A stretch of DNA of 63,033 nucleotides, the filler included, from Octopus bimaculoides (taxonomy: Eukaryota), in NCBI RefSeq assembly GCF_001194135.2. It is 4 parts of 3 records of this genome, joined end to end, with 100 filler letters (N's around TTAATTAATTAA, not from the genome) between each part and the next. Parts side by side here need not be neighbours in the genome. Positions count along the whole stretch, not along the records: positions 48,222 to 54,258 come from NC_068981.1; positions 54,359 to 63,033 come from NC_068982.1; 2 more parts are not named here. One strand, written 5' to 3'. This document shows positions 49,102 through 63,033 of this stretch, piece after piece (within the stretch, counting starts at the first letter, position 1; every line of letters begins with the position of its first letter). Under the pieces are notes generated by a model that was given only the letters and a program-made list of their open reading frames with translations, searched no databases and was not told the origin of the DNA. The position numbers and the translations under genes are program-made.

Positions 49102-52100
49102 CATATATATGTATATATATATATGTATGTATGTATGTATATATATATATATAATATCAGACAAGTTTTGCCAATTAAAGTCACATAGTACGTGCATCTT
49201 GTCACAATTAAACCTCCATGAGAATTTAAGAATTGTAACATTGGGTGCGAGGTGTATGCTGCAACCTTAGTAGATGCAATACAATAGTAATTACGCGATA
49301 GCTGATTATTAGTCACAAATAACGTGATCTATCTTGTCATCAGGGAAACAATAATTTCAGATAGAATCTATGAACGAAAATGGAAATCAAATGCCTCGCT
49401 AACAAAAACACCAGCTATAAACACCGAACAAAATCATTCATAGGAAACCATATCAAATTCTATGGTATTACAATTCCAAGTACAAAGCCTAGCATCGTGT
49501 GGTGATGCGAACATAATCTAAATATAAATTACAGATCTGTTGTGTCAAGAAGAAACCTCTTGGAAATGTCTATGAATATTTTCCTCGTCATTTCATTTGA
49601 AACTTTATAGTAGCTGTATGAGAAATGAGACAAGCTGTTTAAAAATGATTGTTTTATAATTGGAGATTATGTTAACATATTCTCTCAGTACTTACTCATA
49701 TAAGTGGATAATAAAGAAATCGTGTAGTGTTAAGGAATATTAATACGGAATTTAATGTGTTACTTTATCCCTGAAAGTACATTTCTTCGACTAACTTATC
49801 AGAGGAACTGAAGATTTAGATTCAATTCTTTACGCTCGCAGTTCTAATCACATGGGACTACACAACATTGTACGTATTTATTTTTCCTAGCCAAAAACGG
49901 ATAAAATAATTTTCTTTCATGTGAAAGAAAATCAATCTGCTCTATGCAGTTATTTTAACAATATAGGTTAAACATCTGTCAGAAAAAAACTAACATGTCT
50001 CATTAACGTGATAAAAAAAACGTTAACTTTTGATTTCATAGCAATGTTTAATTACATTTGTCATGTATTAATACCATTAAATTAATCATCGTTTTACAGA
50101 AAAGCTTATTAATAGCGAAACACTTCTATCAAATTGTTTTACAAAATGCTCTTTCTTTGTACCAGACAGACCTGCTTTTAAGAAGTAAAGTTAATTTTCA
50201 TTGCACTATACATTTCTTAGTGCAGTTTCATTTTTGATAATGTTCATATCAACCTCTACTTGTAGCTATAAACTTTGTTCTTAAATTTATCTTGTTTATC
50301 AAAAATTTTCGAGATGGATATCACCTCGTGATTACTATGCAACAATATTAGCATATTCCCCTCTACCTGCTACTGAAAAAAAAGATTTCTTTACTGATTT
50401 ATGAGTATATCAGCCCAGCGAAATATGAATGTAGATTATTAGAATAAGAAACAAACAATCAATAATGCATATTTTCCATTTACTGTACATCTAATATTAG
50501 AAGACATATATCTTGAGAATTGTTTTTAACTATTCTGTGGTGGTATACTTAAGCATTTCAATATGACATACAAAATGATATTTGAAATATCTCGATATTT
50601 CAGAAAGATCTAACACAATTTAGTCCAGAAAATAAACAAAATTATGTTTTACCCATTTTGTTACTAAAAAGAACGATTACTGTATATATTTGGAAAAACA
50701 GATTCAACATTCACAACTTTGTTCAATGCATCTGCAGTTTAAGAAGCACAAATAAAGTCAGCATGTTGTTTTTAAATCTCTATATTACCATTGATATAGT
50801 TTTTAAACCTTTTGATTGATGTTAGAGCTCAAAACAATATTATTTTCATTTTTCCATATACTTAATTCGTGTATGTTTTATGAATCAATAAATGAAACGA
50901 GTTTGCTCCAAAATCGTATTCTGTGACGGATAGAGAATAATTATGCGCACTTCATTTAAATATCTGTGTAATTATCACACTGAATAAAAAAATATCGTAG
51001 CAAACATGGCAAATATATGAATCATTACATAGGGTGGTGAGAGTGAAGAGAATACTAATATCATATAGTTTTTTAAACGCTATATCTCATAAAATGTGTT
51101 CCCGTAGGAGAAAAAAAAGAATTGCTGGAATGAAGATGTGTATGAAATTGAAAAAGCAATCATGCAAATCAGTTCAGTGAATAACATCAAAGTTTATATT
51201 GTAAAAATGTATCTACTTGTTAGCATATCAAACGAGTTGATATTTAAATATATTAAGTTTATAAATAATTATCCTAACGAACAATAAATACAAAGCTTTA
51301 GGAGCAACGGAAATTAAAATTCATATCTAAAATCGTTGCTTATACTTAAACACATAATTTAGTTATAGGCTAGATTACGCGAATATTTGATGCAAACGGA
51401 ACATCCGTAATTCTACATGGATTTTGTAAAACGATAACTATATTTTTGCAAATAATTTTATGTCTTGATATTCATGCTCAGAATAATGTTATCGTTCGCC
51501 ATTCATATAGATCGGAGGAAAATAGAAAAGCCAACATATAACATGCACCTTTGATTTATGAAATACTTTTTTTTTTCAAAATGTACGTGAAACAACGTAC
51601 GGTTTTAGATCACTTACTGTAATATCTAGACAAACATAATTTACATGTTTTTGGCGAAACATATGTGCGTATATATTTACATATTTATATGTGCGCTCAT
51701 GTTGCTTTTTTGTATATACTGCATTTTGTATAGAAATGTATATATACACACAAATATGTATGTATGTCTGTTTGTCTATATGGGTGTCAATGAGTATATG
51801 CTTCTTTGTTTCTATACATGTGTGTGAGTTCATGTTTTTAGTGATATCTGCATGCATGTATGCATGCCTACATATACTTACATGCATATGCATATGTAAA
51901 GATAGCGAAGAAATGAATAAGTTGAGAAATCATTCAATGAATGACAGGTTGTGTGTACACTCATAGTTAATATATTTACAAAGCTTTTAGTTGTTTAAGG
52001 GCATTTACGAAATTATGTTTGAGTAATTTCACGATGTCACCCACGAGAGCATAACTTCCAGTTTGTGAAAGCACATTTGAAGCATGTACATAAAATTAAT

Positions 52101-53166
52101 ATATGCATGATTTAAAATACAGCTTAATCCGGATTTTAGACGCACAGCTGTAAGTGAAGCCAGTTATTTCCTGTATCAATCGATCTATATATCAATTAAT
52201 TTCTTTATTTCCATATTTGAATACGCAGTATTTGCGCTATTTTTGTTGTTATATTCTTATTTGTTTCGGAATGTATTGATATTTTCATGCTATCTAAGGC
52301 CCTGCTCGTAATGCATTGGGATAGTGTTTAATCAATATGTTGCGACTTTAAATATGTTGTATACGCTTCAATATGTTCATAGTTGAGATGCTTAAATGTA
52401 CATTGACTCTCTCAGCTGGTTTACTACACAGCGACTGGAATCTAAATACAACCATTGCGAATATCTCTGTTCCCTAAAGTTTACAGTAAAAATCCTGTAG
52501 ATGTCTTCCGTGAGATTTTTAACGAAGTAGCTGAATTTTGCTTCGATTACTGTGATGCAGTATTCAGGAAAAATCAAGTAGGCTTGTAGAAATTATATAT
52601 ATATATATATATATATATNNNNNNNNNNNNNNNNNNNNNNNNNNNNNNNNNNNNNNNNNNNNNNNNNNNNNNNNNNNNNNNNNNNNNNNNNNNNNNNNNN
52701 NNNNNNNNNNNNNNNNNNNNNNNNNNNNNNNNNNNNNNNNNNNNNNNNNNNNNNNNNNNNNNNNNNNNNNNNNNNNNNNNNNNNNNNNNNNNNNNNNNNN
52801 NNNNNNNNNNNNNNNNNNNNNNNNNNNNNNNNNNNNNNNNNNNNNNNNNNNNNNNNNNNNNNNNNNNNNNNNNNNNNNNNNNNNNNNNNNNNNNNNNNNN
52901 NNNNNNNNNNNNNNNNNNNNNNNNNNNNNNNNNNNNNNNNNNNNNNNNNNNNNNNNNNNNNNNNNNNNNNNNNNNNNNNNNNNNNNNNNNNNNNNNNNNN
53001 NNNNNNNNNNNNNNNNNNNNNNNNNNNNNNNNNNNNNNNNNNNNNNNNNNNNNNNNNNNNNNNNNNNNNNNNNNNNNNNNNNNNNNNNNNNNNNNNNNNN
53101 NNNNNNNNNNNNNNNNNNNNNNNNNNNNNNNNNNNNNNNNNATATATATACATTGATATATACATA

Positions 53167-53593
53167 GGCGCAGGCGTGACAGTATGGAAGGAAGCTTGCT
53201 TTCAAACCATATGTTTCTGTGTTCAGTCCCACTGCGTTGCTCCTTGGGCAAGTGTCTTCTACTATAGCATCGGGCCGACCAAAGCCTTGTGAGTGAATTT
53301 GGTAGACGGAAACTGAAAGAACCTCATCGTATATTTTTTATATATACATGTATGTGTGTGCGCATGTGTGTGTATTTGTGTGCCTGTGTTTGTTCCCCCA
53401 CCAACGCTTGACAACAGATGTTTGTTAGTTTACGTCCCCGTAACTTAGCGGTTCAGCAAAACAGTCCGATATAATATGTACTAGGCTTACAAACAATAAG
53501 TCCTAGCGTCGAATTGTTCGAATAAAGGCGGTGCTCGAGCATCGCTGAGGTCATATGACTGAAACAAATAAAATAATAAAAGAATAAAAGAAT
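53167..53593 (+). mobile_element. Near-complete SINE family B
   Basis: GGCGCAGGCGTG tRNA-like head, GTTCAGTCCCAC, CCTTGGGCAAGT (CORE-like block), internal TA/TG repeat, A-rich tail. Confidence 0.85.
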
Positions 53594-54379
53594 ACATACA
53601 TATATATATGTATATATATAAAAATATATATTTTATTATATGTATTTATTTTCTCCTAATTAATAAATAACTCGGACAAAATAAATTGGTTAATCGATAC
53701 CAGGGTAGCAAAGATCACAAAATAACTGTGGTGTAAACTCCTGTTTATGAGGCAGAAACTCCTTGATATTTCGGGTACTTGAGTATATATAAAATTAAGG
53801 AATGGAGTAAAACGCATATTTTTACTGCATACTTTAATTTCCAACATATGTTTCGAAGAATTACAATTTATACGATCCATAGGAATCGGCGATGTTAAAA
53901 ATGTAACCTTCTCTTCAGGGAAATGTATGGGAACCAGCTTAAACCTAAGACATTATAACCGAATATGAGAATTATAGTTGGAGAAGGTTATAACGTAATT
54001 TATTTGAAAAGACCGTTGTAGATTAGGACGCTACCAGATAGTACGTTGGACAAGAAGGGAAGAAAAGAAGAAAAGAAAAAAGAAAAAAAAAAGAAAGAAA
54101 ATTCAGAGTGTAAAGTTGGGAGAAAATAGGATGATATAAATCCGATAAAAATTGGAGAGGAATGTTATGTAATATAAAGGGATCGTAAAGGGGGTTAATC
54201 TTGTGTTTCTACAAAAATACTGAGATGAATGTATATAATCATTTATACTTATGTATATNNNNNNNNNNNNNNNNNNNNNNNNNNNNNNNNNNNNNNNNNN
54301 NNTTAATTAATTAANNNNNNNNNNNNNNNNNNNNNNNNNNNNNNNNNNNNNNNNNNNNATACATATATATACATATATT

Positions 54380-54580
54380 ACGACGAGCTTCTTTCAGTTT
54401 CCGTGTGCCAAATCCACACTAGGTTTTGGTCGGCCCGTGGCTATAGCAAAAGACACATACCGAAGGTGTCACGCAGTGAGATTGAACCCGGAGCCATGTG
54501 GTTGGTAAGCAATTTTGAATTTAATTCACGGACCCCCACCCCGTACCACCTTTGCGGACCCCAGGTTGGGAACCACTGAG
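54380..54580. mobile_element. SINE family B head (minus, 54380-54517) abutting a hAT MITE end (GGACCCCAGGTTGGGAACCACTG)
   Basis: Motif matches. Confidence 0.65.
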
Positions 54581-54626
54581 TTGAACCCTTATCGGCCTGT
54601 TGAAGAGTAATATAGTTTATCTGCAT

Positions 54627-54920
54627 AAAGGTGCGTGGTCTGGCGGTTAGGGTGTGGCACTCAGGATCACTATATCTTGGGTTCGATTCCCGGACCGAGC
54701 GGCGCGTTGTATTCTTGAGCAAAACACTTCATTTCACGTTGCTCCAGTCCACTGGGCCGTAAATGGGTCCCTCTGCGATGGAATAGCCTTCTGATCGGAG
54801 TGAAAATGTTAGCCTGCTTACCTCTAGCCAGTGGGTTGGCATCATACGAAAGCTGAAACAATGCGAAGCGCATTGTGACTAGCGATGTATAACAACATCT
54901 GACGGTCAGGTCGATCCCGT
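54627..54920 (+). mobile_element. tRNA-derived SINE family C
   Basis: A box-like GTGGTCTGGCGG, B box GGGTTCGATTCCC, TTGAGCAAAACACTT block. Confidence 0.7.
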
Positions 54921-55030
54921 TATATTTTATATACACCTGGCTGACTGAACATTCTGGCTTATTAAAGTGCAGAAAACGGCCATGATAGTCCAGTGTCGAG
55001 TGGCGTTTGTAGAAAGAAGATTTATTAGCA

Positions 55031-55248
55031 TAATCCTTTCAACAAAAGGCACAAGGCCTGAAATTTTCGAGGAGGGGATTAGTCGATTGCATCAACCCCA
55101 GCGTTTCACTGCTACTTAATTTATCGACCCCGAAAGGATAAAAGGCAAAGTCGACCTCGGAGGAATTTGAACTCAGAACGTAGCAACGGGGGAAATACCG
55201 CTAAGCATTTCGTCCAGCGTGCTAACGCTTCTGCCAGCTCGCCGCCTT
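55031..55248 (-). mobile_element. SINE family A, near-complete
   Basis: Head to tail match with 58312-58527. Confidence 0.85.
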
Positions 55249-55479
55249 GACCGCTTTGAATAACGACAAGTGGAAGACTGACCGTTTGTTCTTTTGTAAA
55301 ACAGGTCAGCGCATTGCACTTTACGGTCTGTAAATATGTGTGTGTGTATGTGCGTGCACGTGTGTGTGTGTTTGTGTGTGTGTATCTTCATGACCGTGTG
55401 TATATACCTGAATATTAGCATATATGCATATGTAATATTTTCTATACTGTGTCGGGTTTCAGACAAATTGTCTTGTTGA

Positions 55480-57400
<1,921 letters not shown>

Positions 57401-58086
57401 GTCCATTGTTTTAGCGAGGTTGTTCATTTTTTCCCGCCTGGTCAGAAGAATTAATAAAAAATGACAAATCATGTGATCAACGGTTCAACGAAATCTCACT
57501 AAACATTTTCGTCGTATCAAAATTTGTCATCGGAAATTCCATTTAAATGACCTTCTCAAGGTTTTCTTTAATGTTTGACGTTGAATAAAGACTTACCTTT
57601 TCAATGCTTTTATAAAAACTGTTATCATTCTTTTTTTTTCTTTTATTTAACATATGTTGATATAATATGCTTTATCGTTGTCCATATGGTGGATATGTCT
57701 TACGACACCATCTTTTCATACAGGACATTTCAAATTGGCAAAATGAAGTACCACGCCCCGTCAGCAGTAGTTAAGTGAGCGTACGTTATTACAGAATCAT
57801 GGGGTCTTAAATAAATAAGAGGTGAATAAAATATGCAAGAAAGTTTTAATTGTAACTTCTTTTTAGATATCATACATTCGGATCGATCGAGAGAAAAGTT
57901 GAAACAACAGCTAAGTATCAATATCTACCGTCCTCGTTCACCTGATTTTGATGCACACTGTGTTTTTTGTAACACTTTAGGTCTTTAAAGCAACATTCCA
58001 TGGACGAAATTCAGCAACCTGAAAGCGTTAAACGTAAAACATACATCAAGAATGTCAATCACTAACGTTTATATTATTTGATCTAC

Positions 58087-58527
58087 AAGGGCGGTGAGCT
58101 GGCAGAATCGTTAACACGCCGGGCGAAATGCTTAGTGGTATTTCGCCTGTCGCAACGTTGTGAGTTCAAATTCCGCCAAGGTCGACTTTGCCTTTCATCC
58201 CTTTCAGGGGGTCGATAAATTAAGTACCAGTAAAGCATTGAGGTCGATGTAATCGATCGTACCCTCCCCCTAAATTTCAGGCCTTGTGCCTAGAGTAGAA
58301 AGGATTATTTTAAGGCGGCGAGCTGGCAGAAACGTTACCACGCCGGGCGAAATGCTTAGCGGTATTTCGTCTGTCTTTATGTTCTGAGCTCAAATTCCGC
58401 CGAGGTTGACTTTGCCTTTCATCCTTTCGAGATCGATAAATTAAGTACCAGTTGCGTACTGGAGTCGATCTAATCGACTGGCCCCTTCCTCCAAAATTTC
58501 GTGCCTTATGCCTAGAGTAAGTAGAAA
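58087..58527 (+). mobile_element. Two tandem SINE family A copies (58087-58302, 58312-58527)
   Basis: Both complete from head to tail. Confidence 0.88.
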
Positions 58528-58813
58528 AAAATATTATTAGAACTGCATGTAACTCAAAATTAAATTTTGGTTTACTTGTGCGGTACTGTTTACACATCAG
58601 CACATAGATGTTACGCATTCCTCGTATACCTTAAACCAGCGATTCATTTCGAGGGTCACTTGAGTATACGGTACCGACGGGCTGAAATAACAGCGAACTA
58701 TTGATACCGACCGTTCTCGTTCACCTATTTCGAGGTATACAGTGTTTTTTAACACTACGTCATAAAAGGACTTTCCCTGGACGAAATATCACAGCCTGGA
58801 AACTCTTTACACA

Positions 58814-58847
<34 letters not shown>

Positions 58848-58849
58848 TG

Positions 58850-59235
58850 ATGGCTGTCCGCTTGTGATCCAGGAAGACCTTCATTTGTCATTAAGAACAT
58901 TGTGCAGTCAGTTTTGTAGCTCCGCTGGTGATTAATGAGTCCAGCCCTTGATAAACATATACGTCCCCAGATATTGCAGACCTTTCACTACACTTGTGCT
59001 GTGCTTTGGGCAACTCAGTAAAATTCAGCGACGAGGGAAATGCGTATTTTTTGAAAACCCTCCACCCTTGAATTACTTGTTTTCTCCGTTGGTGCTGATG
59101 ACAAAGCATTGCTTTTCCAATGGACCACTGGTGCGCTCCCACATTCCCGGACCTGCAACCCGTATTGGCTTGCATCAAATATTCCGTCTCAATTTGTCTC
59201 GGGATCATGTCAATAGTGTGGAGAAGGTCTATGTG
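58850..59235 (-). mobile_element. RTE LINE 3' fragment with single terminal zinc-finger motif
   Basis: VCNIWGRICLSRAGLINHQRSY followed by a short 3' end GTCTTCCTGGATCACAAGCGGACAGCCATC. Confidence 0.65.
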
Positions 59236-59240
59236 ATGTA

Positions 59241-59539
59241 GCGCAAGCCTTATTGGACCGAAAACTTGGTAGACGCAAACTGAAAGAAGCATGTCGTATG
59301 TACATGNNNNNNNNNNATATATATATATATATATATATATAAAGATATATGTATGTATGTGTACCATTGTATGTGTATTATCCGCCCACAGTGCTTGACA
59401 ACCGTTGTTGGAATGTTTACGTCCCCGTAACTTAGTGGTTCGGTAAAAAGGACAATTGCATAAGTACCAGGGTTTAAAAAGAATTGGAATCAATTCCCTT
59501 CGATTAAAAATTCTCGAAGGCGGTGCTCCAGCATGGCTA
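59241..59539 (+). mobile_element. SINE family B fragment
   Basis: GGTAGACGCAAACTGAAAGAAGC, CCCCGTAACTTAGTGG, GGTGCTCCAGCATGGC. Confidence 0.7.
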
Positions 59540-59760
59540 GGGTGCACGCAGAACAGCGAAAACCCAGACAATAGGGTACCTATTCATTCTTAATACGTTC
59601 TGGTAGATGCATTCTGTACACTACCTTCTGTACCCTTGTTAAATTCATCGGTCGGTAGTAGTTTTAACCGAGGAGACACAATAAGGTTGAAACAACGCGG
59701 TGTTTCAAAGTCCCCTTACACCGGTGAATCACGTGTGTAATGAACGCACATTGTCTAGAG

Positions 59761-60020
59761 CACGGGTTCTCAATTGGAGTCCATATGACTCTTGCAGATC
59801 CATATAAGGTTGTTTATTTAAAATTATATGCAATAAAATAGTTAAACTTTTACAATAGACAAACTATTTCAACAGTTATTTTTATACAATTCCCAAAGAG
59901 TATTCAATTATGGATCTACAAAAAGCTTTCTTTGAAGCATCAAATGACTAGGGGAGGGGTCCACCCGAGTAAAATAAGACTCAAAGGAGTTCATAGGCAT
60001 AAAATGGTCGAGAACCACAA
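59761..60020. mobile_element. hAT (Charlie-like) MITE
   Basis: Ends CACGGGTTCTCAA / TCGAGAACCACAA; TSD GTCTAGAG / GTTTAAAG (6/8). Confidence 0.7.
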
Positions 60021-60186
60021 GTTTAAAGGGAGGAGATGTTTTCCGATGACGCAAAGCAACTGTAATCAGACATTTAAATTTGCCAGAACGCATTGAAAAA
60101 CGATAGGTTATTGTTACATTCGCCATACTGGACCACTGAAATCTACAAGTTTTTTTCATTCTCTCTCTGTTTATTTTCTCTTATTC

Positions 60187-60222
60187 CTTTCTGTTGAAGA
60201 GCGTAGGCTCGAAACGTAAAAG
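60187..60222 (+). ncRNA. Family D hammerhead-like motif with A6U core, within family D segment 60140-60305
   Basis: CTTT-CTGTTGA-A-GAGC(GTAG)GCTC-GAAA-CG-TA-AAAG: helix I 4 bp, helix II 4 bp, ACGT palindromic helix III, GUA triplet. Confidence 0.55.
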
Positions 60223-60570
60223 ATTTTTTTTATTTTCCCGGGCATCAAACTAATACACCTGTTTGTTGTTCATACACCTGTCTTCGTTTTTCTATAAATT
60301 TCAATTATTGTTACATAGTTATGGATATACATAATTATGCGTATATAATAGCATTTTATATTATATCATTTTAATGTAACGTTTCTTCAAGCAAGGAAAA
60401 AAACTCGTTTTATCATTTTCTTCTTTTAGGTTCTTCTTTTAACTTCACTTAATTTATATCTCCGCGTAAAATTTGTAATGATGTATTACCTTTAACAGAC
60501 TATATCGTATTATATATATCTTACCCAACACCTGTATTGAGTACCATATTTTCGTTGGTGTATACACCTC

Positions 60571-60630
<60 letters not shown>

Positions 60631-60901
60631 GTGTGTGGGTGGATTAATGTATACCTAAACGGTCAGGCGGATGAAAGCTTCTTCCTATGTATATATGTAA
60701 ACAGAATGTCAAGAAAGTATGCAACAACACGCGCGCGCGCGTACACACGCATACACATGCGTACATCGACGTATATTCACACAGTTCCACATACACAGAA
60801 AACTACATTAGATGTGTGTGGGTGTGTGTGTATTAGTGTGTTTCCATGTGCTTATATATATGTTCGCGTGTCACTATATTTACCTGCTATTGAGCATACA
60901 T

Positions 60902-60952
<51 letters not shown>

Positions 60953-61270
60953 NNNNNNNNNNNNNNNNNNNNNNNNNNNNNNNNNNNNNNNNNNNNNNNN
61001 NNNNNNNNNNNNNNNNNNNNNNNNNNNNNNNNNNNNNNNNNNNNNNNNNNNNNNNNNNNNNNNNNNNNNNNNNNNNNNNNNNNNNNNNNNNNNNNNNNNN
61101 NNNNNNNNNNNNNNNNNNNNNNNNNNNNNNNNNNNNNNNNNNNNNNNNNNNNNNNNNNNNNNNNNNNNNNNNNNNNNNNNNNNNNNNNNNNNNNNNNNNN
61201 NNNNNNNNNNNNNNNNNNNNNNNNNNNNNNNNNNNNNNNNNNNNNNNNNNNNNNNNNNNNNNNNNNNNNN

Positions 61271-61311
<41 letters not shown>

Positions 61312-61351
61312 ATATATATGTGTGTATATGTATGTATATGTATAAATATAC

Positions 61352-61383
<32 letters not shown>

Positions 61384-61533
61384 ACATACACACACGCAAA
61401 CGTATATATTTATGCATGTATGTGTGTGTGTGTATGTAAGTACATTCTTTAATTTACGCACGATGTATGTGTGTGTATATTTGCGTTACCAGTGTCTGTG
61501 ACAATTCATTACTGTTTACCTTCTCTCTCCCTT

Positions 61534-61568
<35 letters not shown>

Positions 61569-61963
61569 GTCTCTTTCTCCCTTCGCTCTTTACCCCCTCT
61601 CTCTCCCATCTCACTCTTCAGCCAATAACAATACCTTCTATAGAAGCTGAACAAACATCCTTCTCTTTGCAACCCGAGACCCCCCACACCGGTGCGGTGT
61701 GGTGGGCTGACCTATTCCCTGTCTTTGTCGTCTTTCCAGCAATGGCTGCTGTCGTTGTTATCGTTGTTGTTGTTATTGTTGCTGTTGTTGTTGTTTAGCA
61801 CCAGGTTGGGTTTGAACTTGCAAACCAATAACCAAATGGCTTCAGCAGTGCCACTCTTGCCATCTCTATAGTTATGGCAACATTCTCTATTCTGTTGCTT
61901 CCCTTGCTTAAAATAGTAAAGTGCGATTTCAAGGAGATTCAGCTATCATTTTCAGCATGTCAA

Positions 61964-62026
61964 GTAACTGCGTAAAGGAGTAACTGCGTAGAGGAGTAAC
62001 TGCGGAGAGGAGTAACTGCGTAGAGG
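61964..62026. repeat. 16-bp tandem repeat x4 (GTAACTGCGTAGAGGA)
   Basis: Unit starts at 61964, 61980, 61996, 62012. Confidence 0.95.
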
Positions 62027-62156
62027 TTACTGTGGTCAATCGTTTACTCTGTCGAATTCTTTCCTCAAGACAACGAAGACAACTTACAAAAGTCATATTC
62101 TGCTACATTTGTTGTTAAAAATTCGAGACGACATGCGTTTGTGGATGCATAAACGT

Positions 62157-62310
62157 AAGCACGGCTGTGTGGGAAGAAGCTTGCTTCCCAACCACACGGT
62201 TCCGGGCTCAGTTCCACTGCGTGGTCCCTTGCCCAAGTGTCTTCTGCTATGCTCTTGGGTCGACCAAGGCTTTGCGATTGAATTCGGTAGACGGAAACTG
62301 ATAGAAGACA
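62157..62310 (+). mobile_element. SINE family B head
   Basis: GGCTGTGTGGGAAGAAGCTTGCTTCCCAACCAC..CAAGTGTCTTCT. Confidence 0.75.
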
Positions 62311-62569
62311 GTTATATATATATATATATATATAAAACTTACTTGGAAAAGGATGCGTGGCGTTCGATCATATAATAATATAAATAATATATAAATAAAC
62401 GCATATATCCATACATATATGTACATACCTACATATATATGTATATATACATGCATATAAGGGTACAGGACATAAAAAAAAATGTTAAACACAATGAGAA
62501 ACGAAAATATAAAAACGAAATTTTTTTCGAACAACGAAAAAAAACAGAGAAACGAGACATGCACATAAA

Positions 62570-62965
62570 GAGTATACCCCTTCGTCAGTTGTCCCTGTTT
62601 CATCTACTCCGCGTTTCGAAAGCAAGGACAATACGCAACTTTGTTGAAACAGTCCTTCCCGCAAACCAAATTAAATAAAATTTGAGATTTTTGCGGAGGG
62701 TGAAAGTGTAAACAAGAACAAGACAGTAAAAACAAACGCTTACACGATTTTAGGAGGATTGATGGGAAACCATCAGGAACAGAAGTTGAGTTTGTGTCCA
62801 CCTCATCTATGGCTAGTAGTTTATCTTCTTTGCTAATGTCGATGTATTCCATCGTAACTGCCTCACTGGTTATAGGGGAGATGGCAAAGAAGTCCACTGG
62901 TTCGTTCACTTGTCTGTATTCCAACGGGGTGGTGAAGACACTTTTCAACTGGTCCTTCGTGAGTC
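62570..62965 (-). mobile_element. CR1-group LINE fragment (region N-terminal to RT)
   Basis: DQLKSVFTTP..IDISKEDKLLAIDEVDTNSTSVPDGFPSILLKSCK..KVAYCP. Confidence 0.7.
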
Positions 62966-63033
62966 TAAATATGTATATATATGTATGTATATGTGTGTGT
63001 GCATGTATGTATATATACACGTTTATATATATA

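Overview
AT-rich, microsatellite-dense eukaryotic DNA with many assembly gaps and no host protein-coding exon I can support. The SINE families and repeat landscape point to a coleoid cephalopod, probably Octopus (inference). Nearly all recognisable content is decayed transposable elements: R4/Dong-like, CR1, RTE and Tx1/L1 LINE fragments, several Penelope-like elements (PLEs), Tc1/mariner relics, hAT MITEs and three tRNA-derived SINE families. The most notable signal is a linked Penelope system. A PLE RT/GIY-YIG copy (12.7-14.5 kb) has a terminal repeat made of a tRNA-Arg-like cassette with A/B boxes, an (AAT)n run, a minimal hammerhead ribozyme (HHR) and a tail. Non-coding derivatives of the same repeat occur as outward-facing palindromes flanked by apparent target-site duplications (TSDs): a 48-bp HHR array at 6.5-6.9 kb and a head-to-head tRNA/HHR pair at 43.1-43.7 kb. 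A solo tRNA head lies at 22.8 kb. The window also holds a second HHR-like repeat family with a consistent non-canonical core (CUGUNGA), an isolated HHR-like motif at 85-129, an HHR relic at 8047-8077 and an HDV-like ribozyme candidate at 19.5 kb. All folds and alignments were done by eye; family names rest on remembered motifs and need database confirmation.
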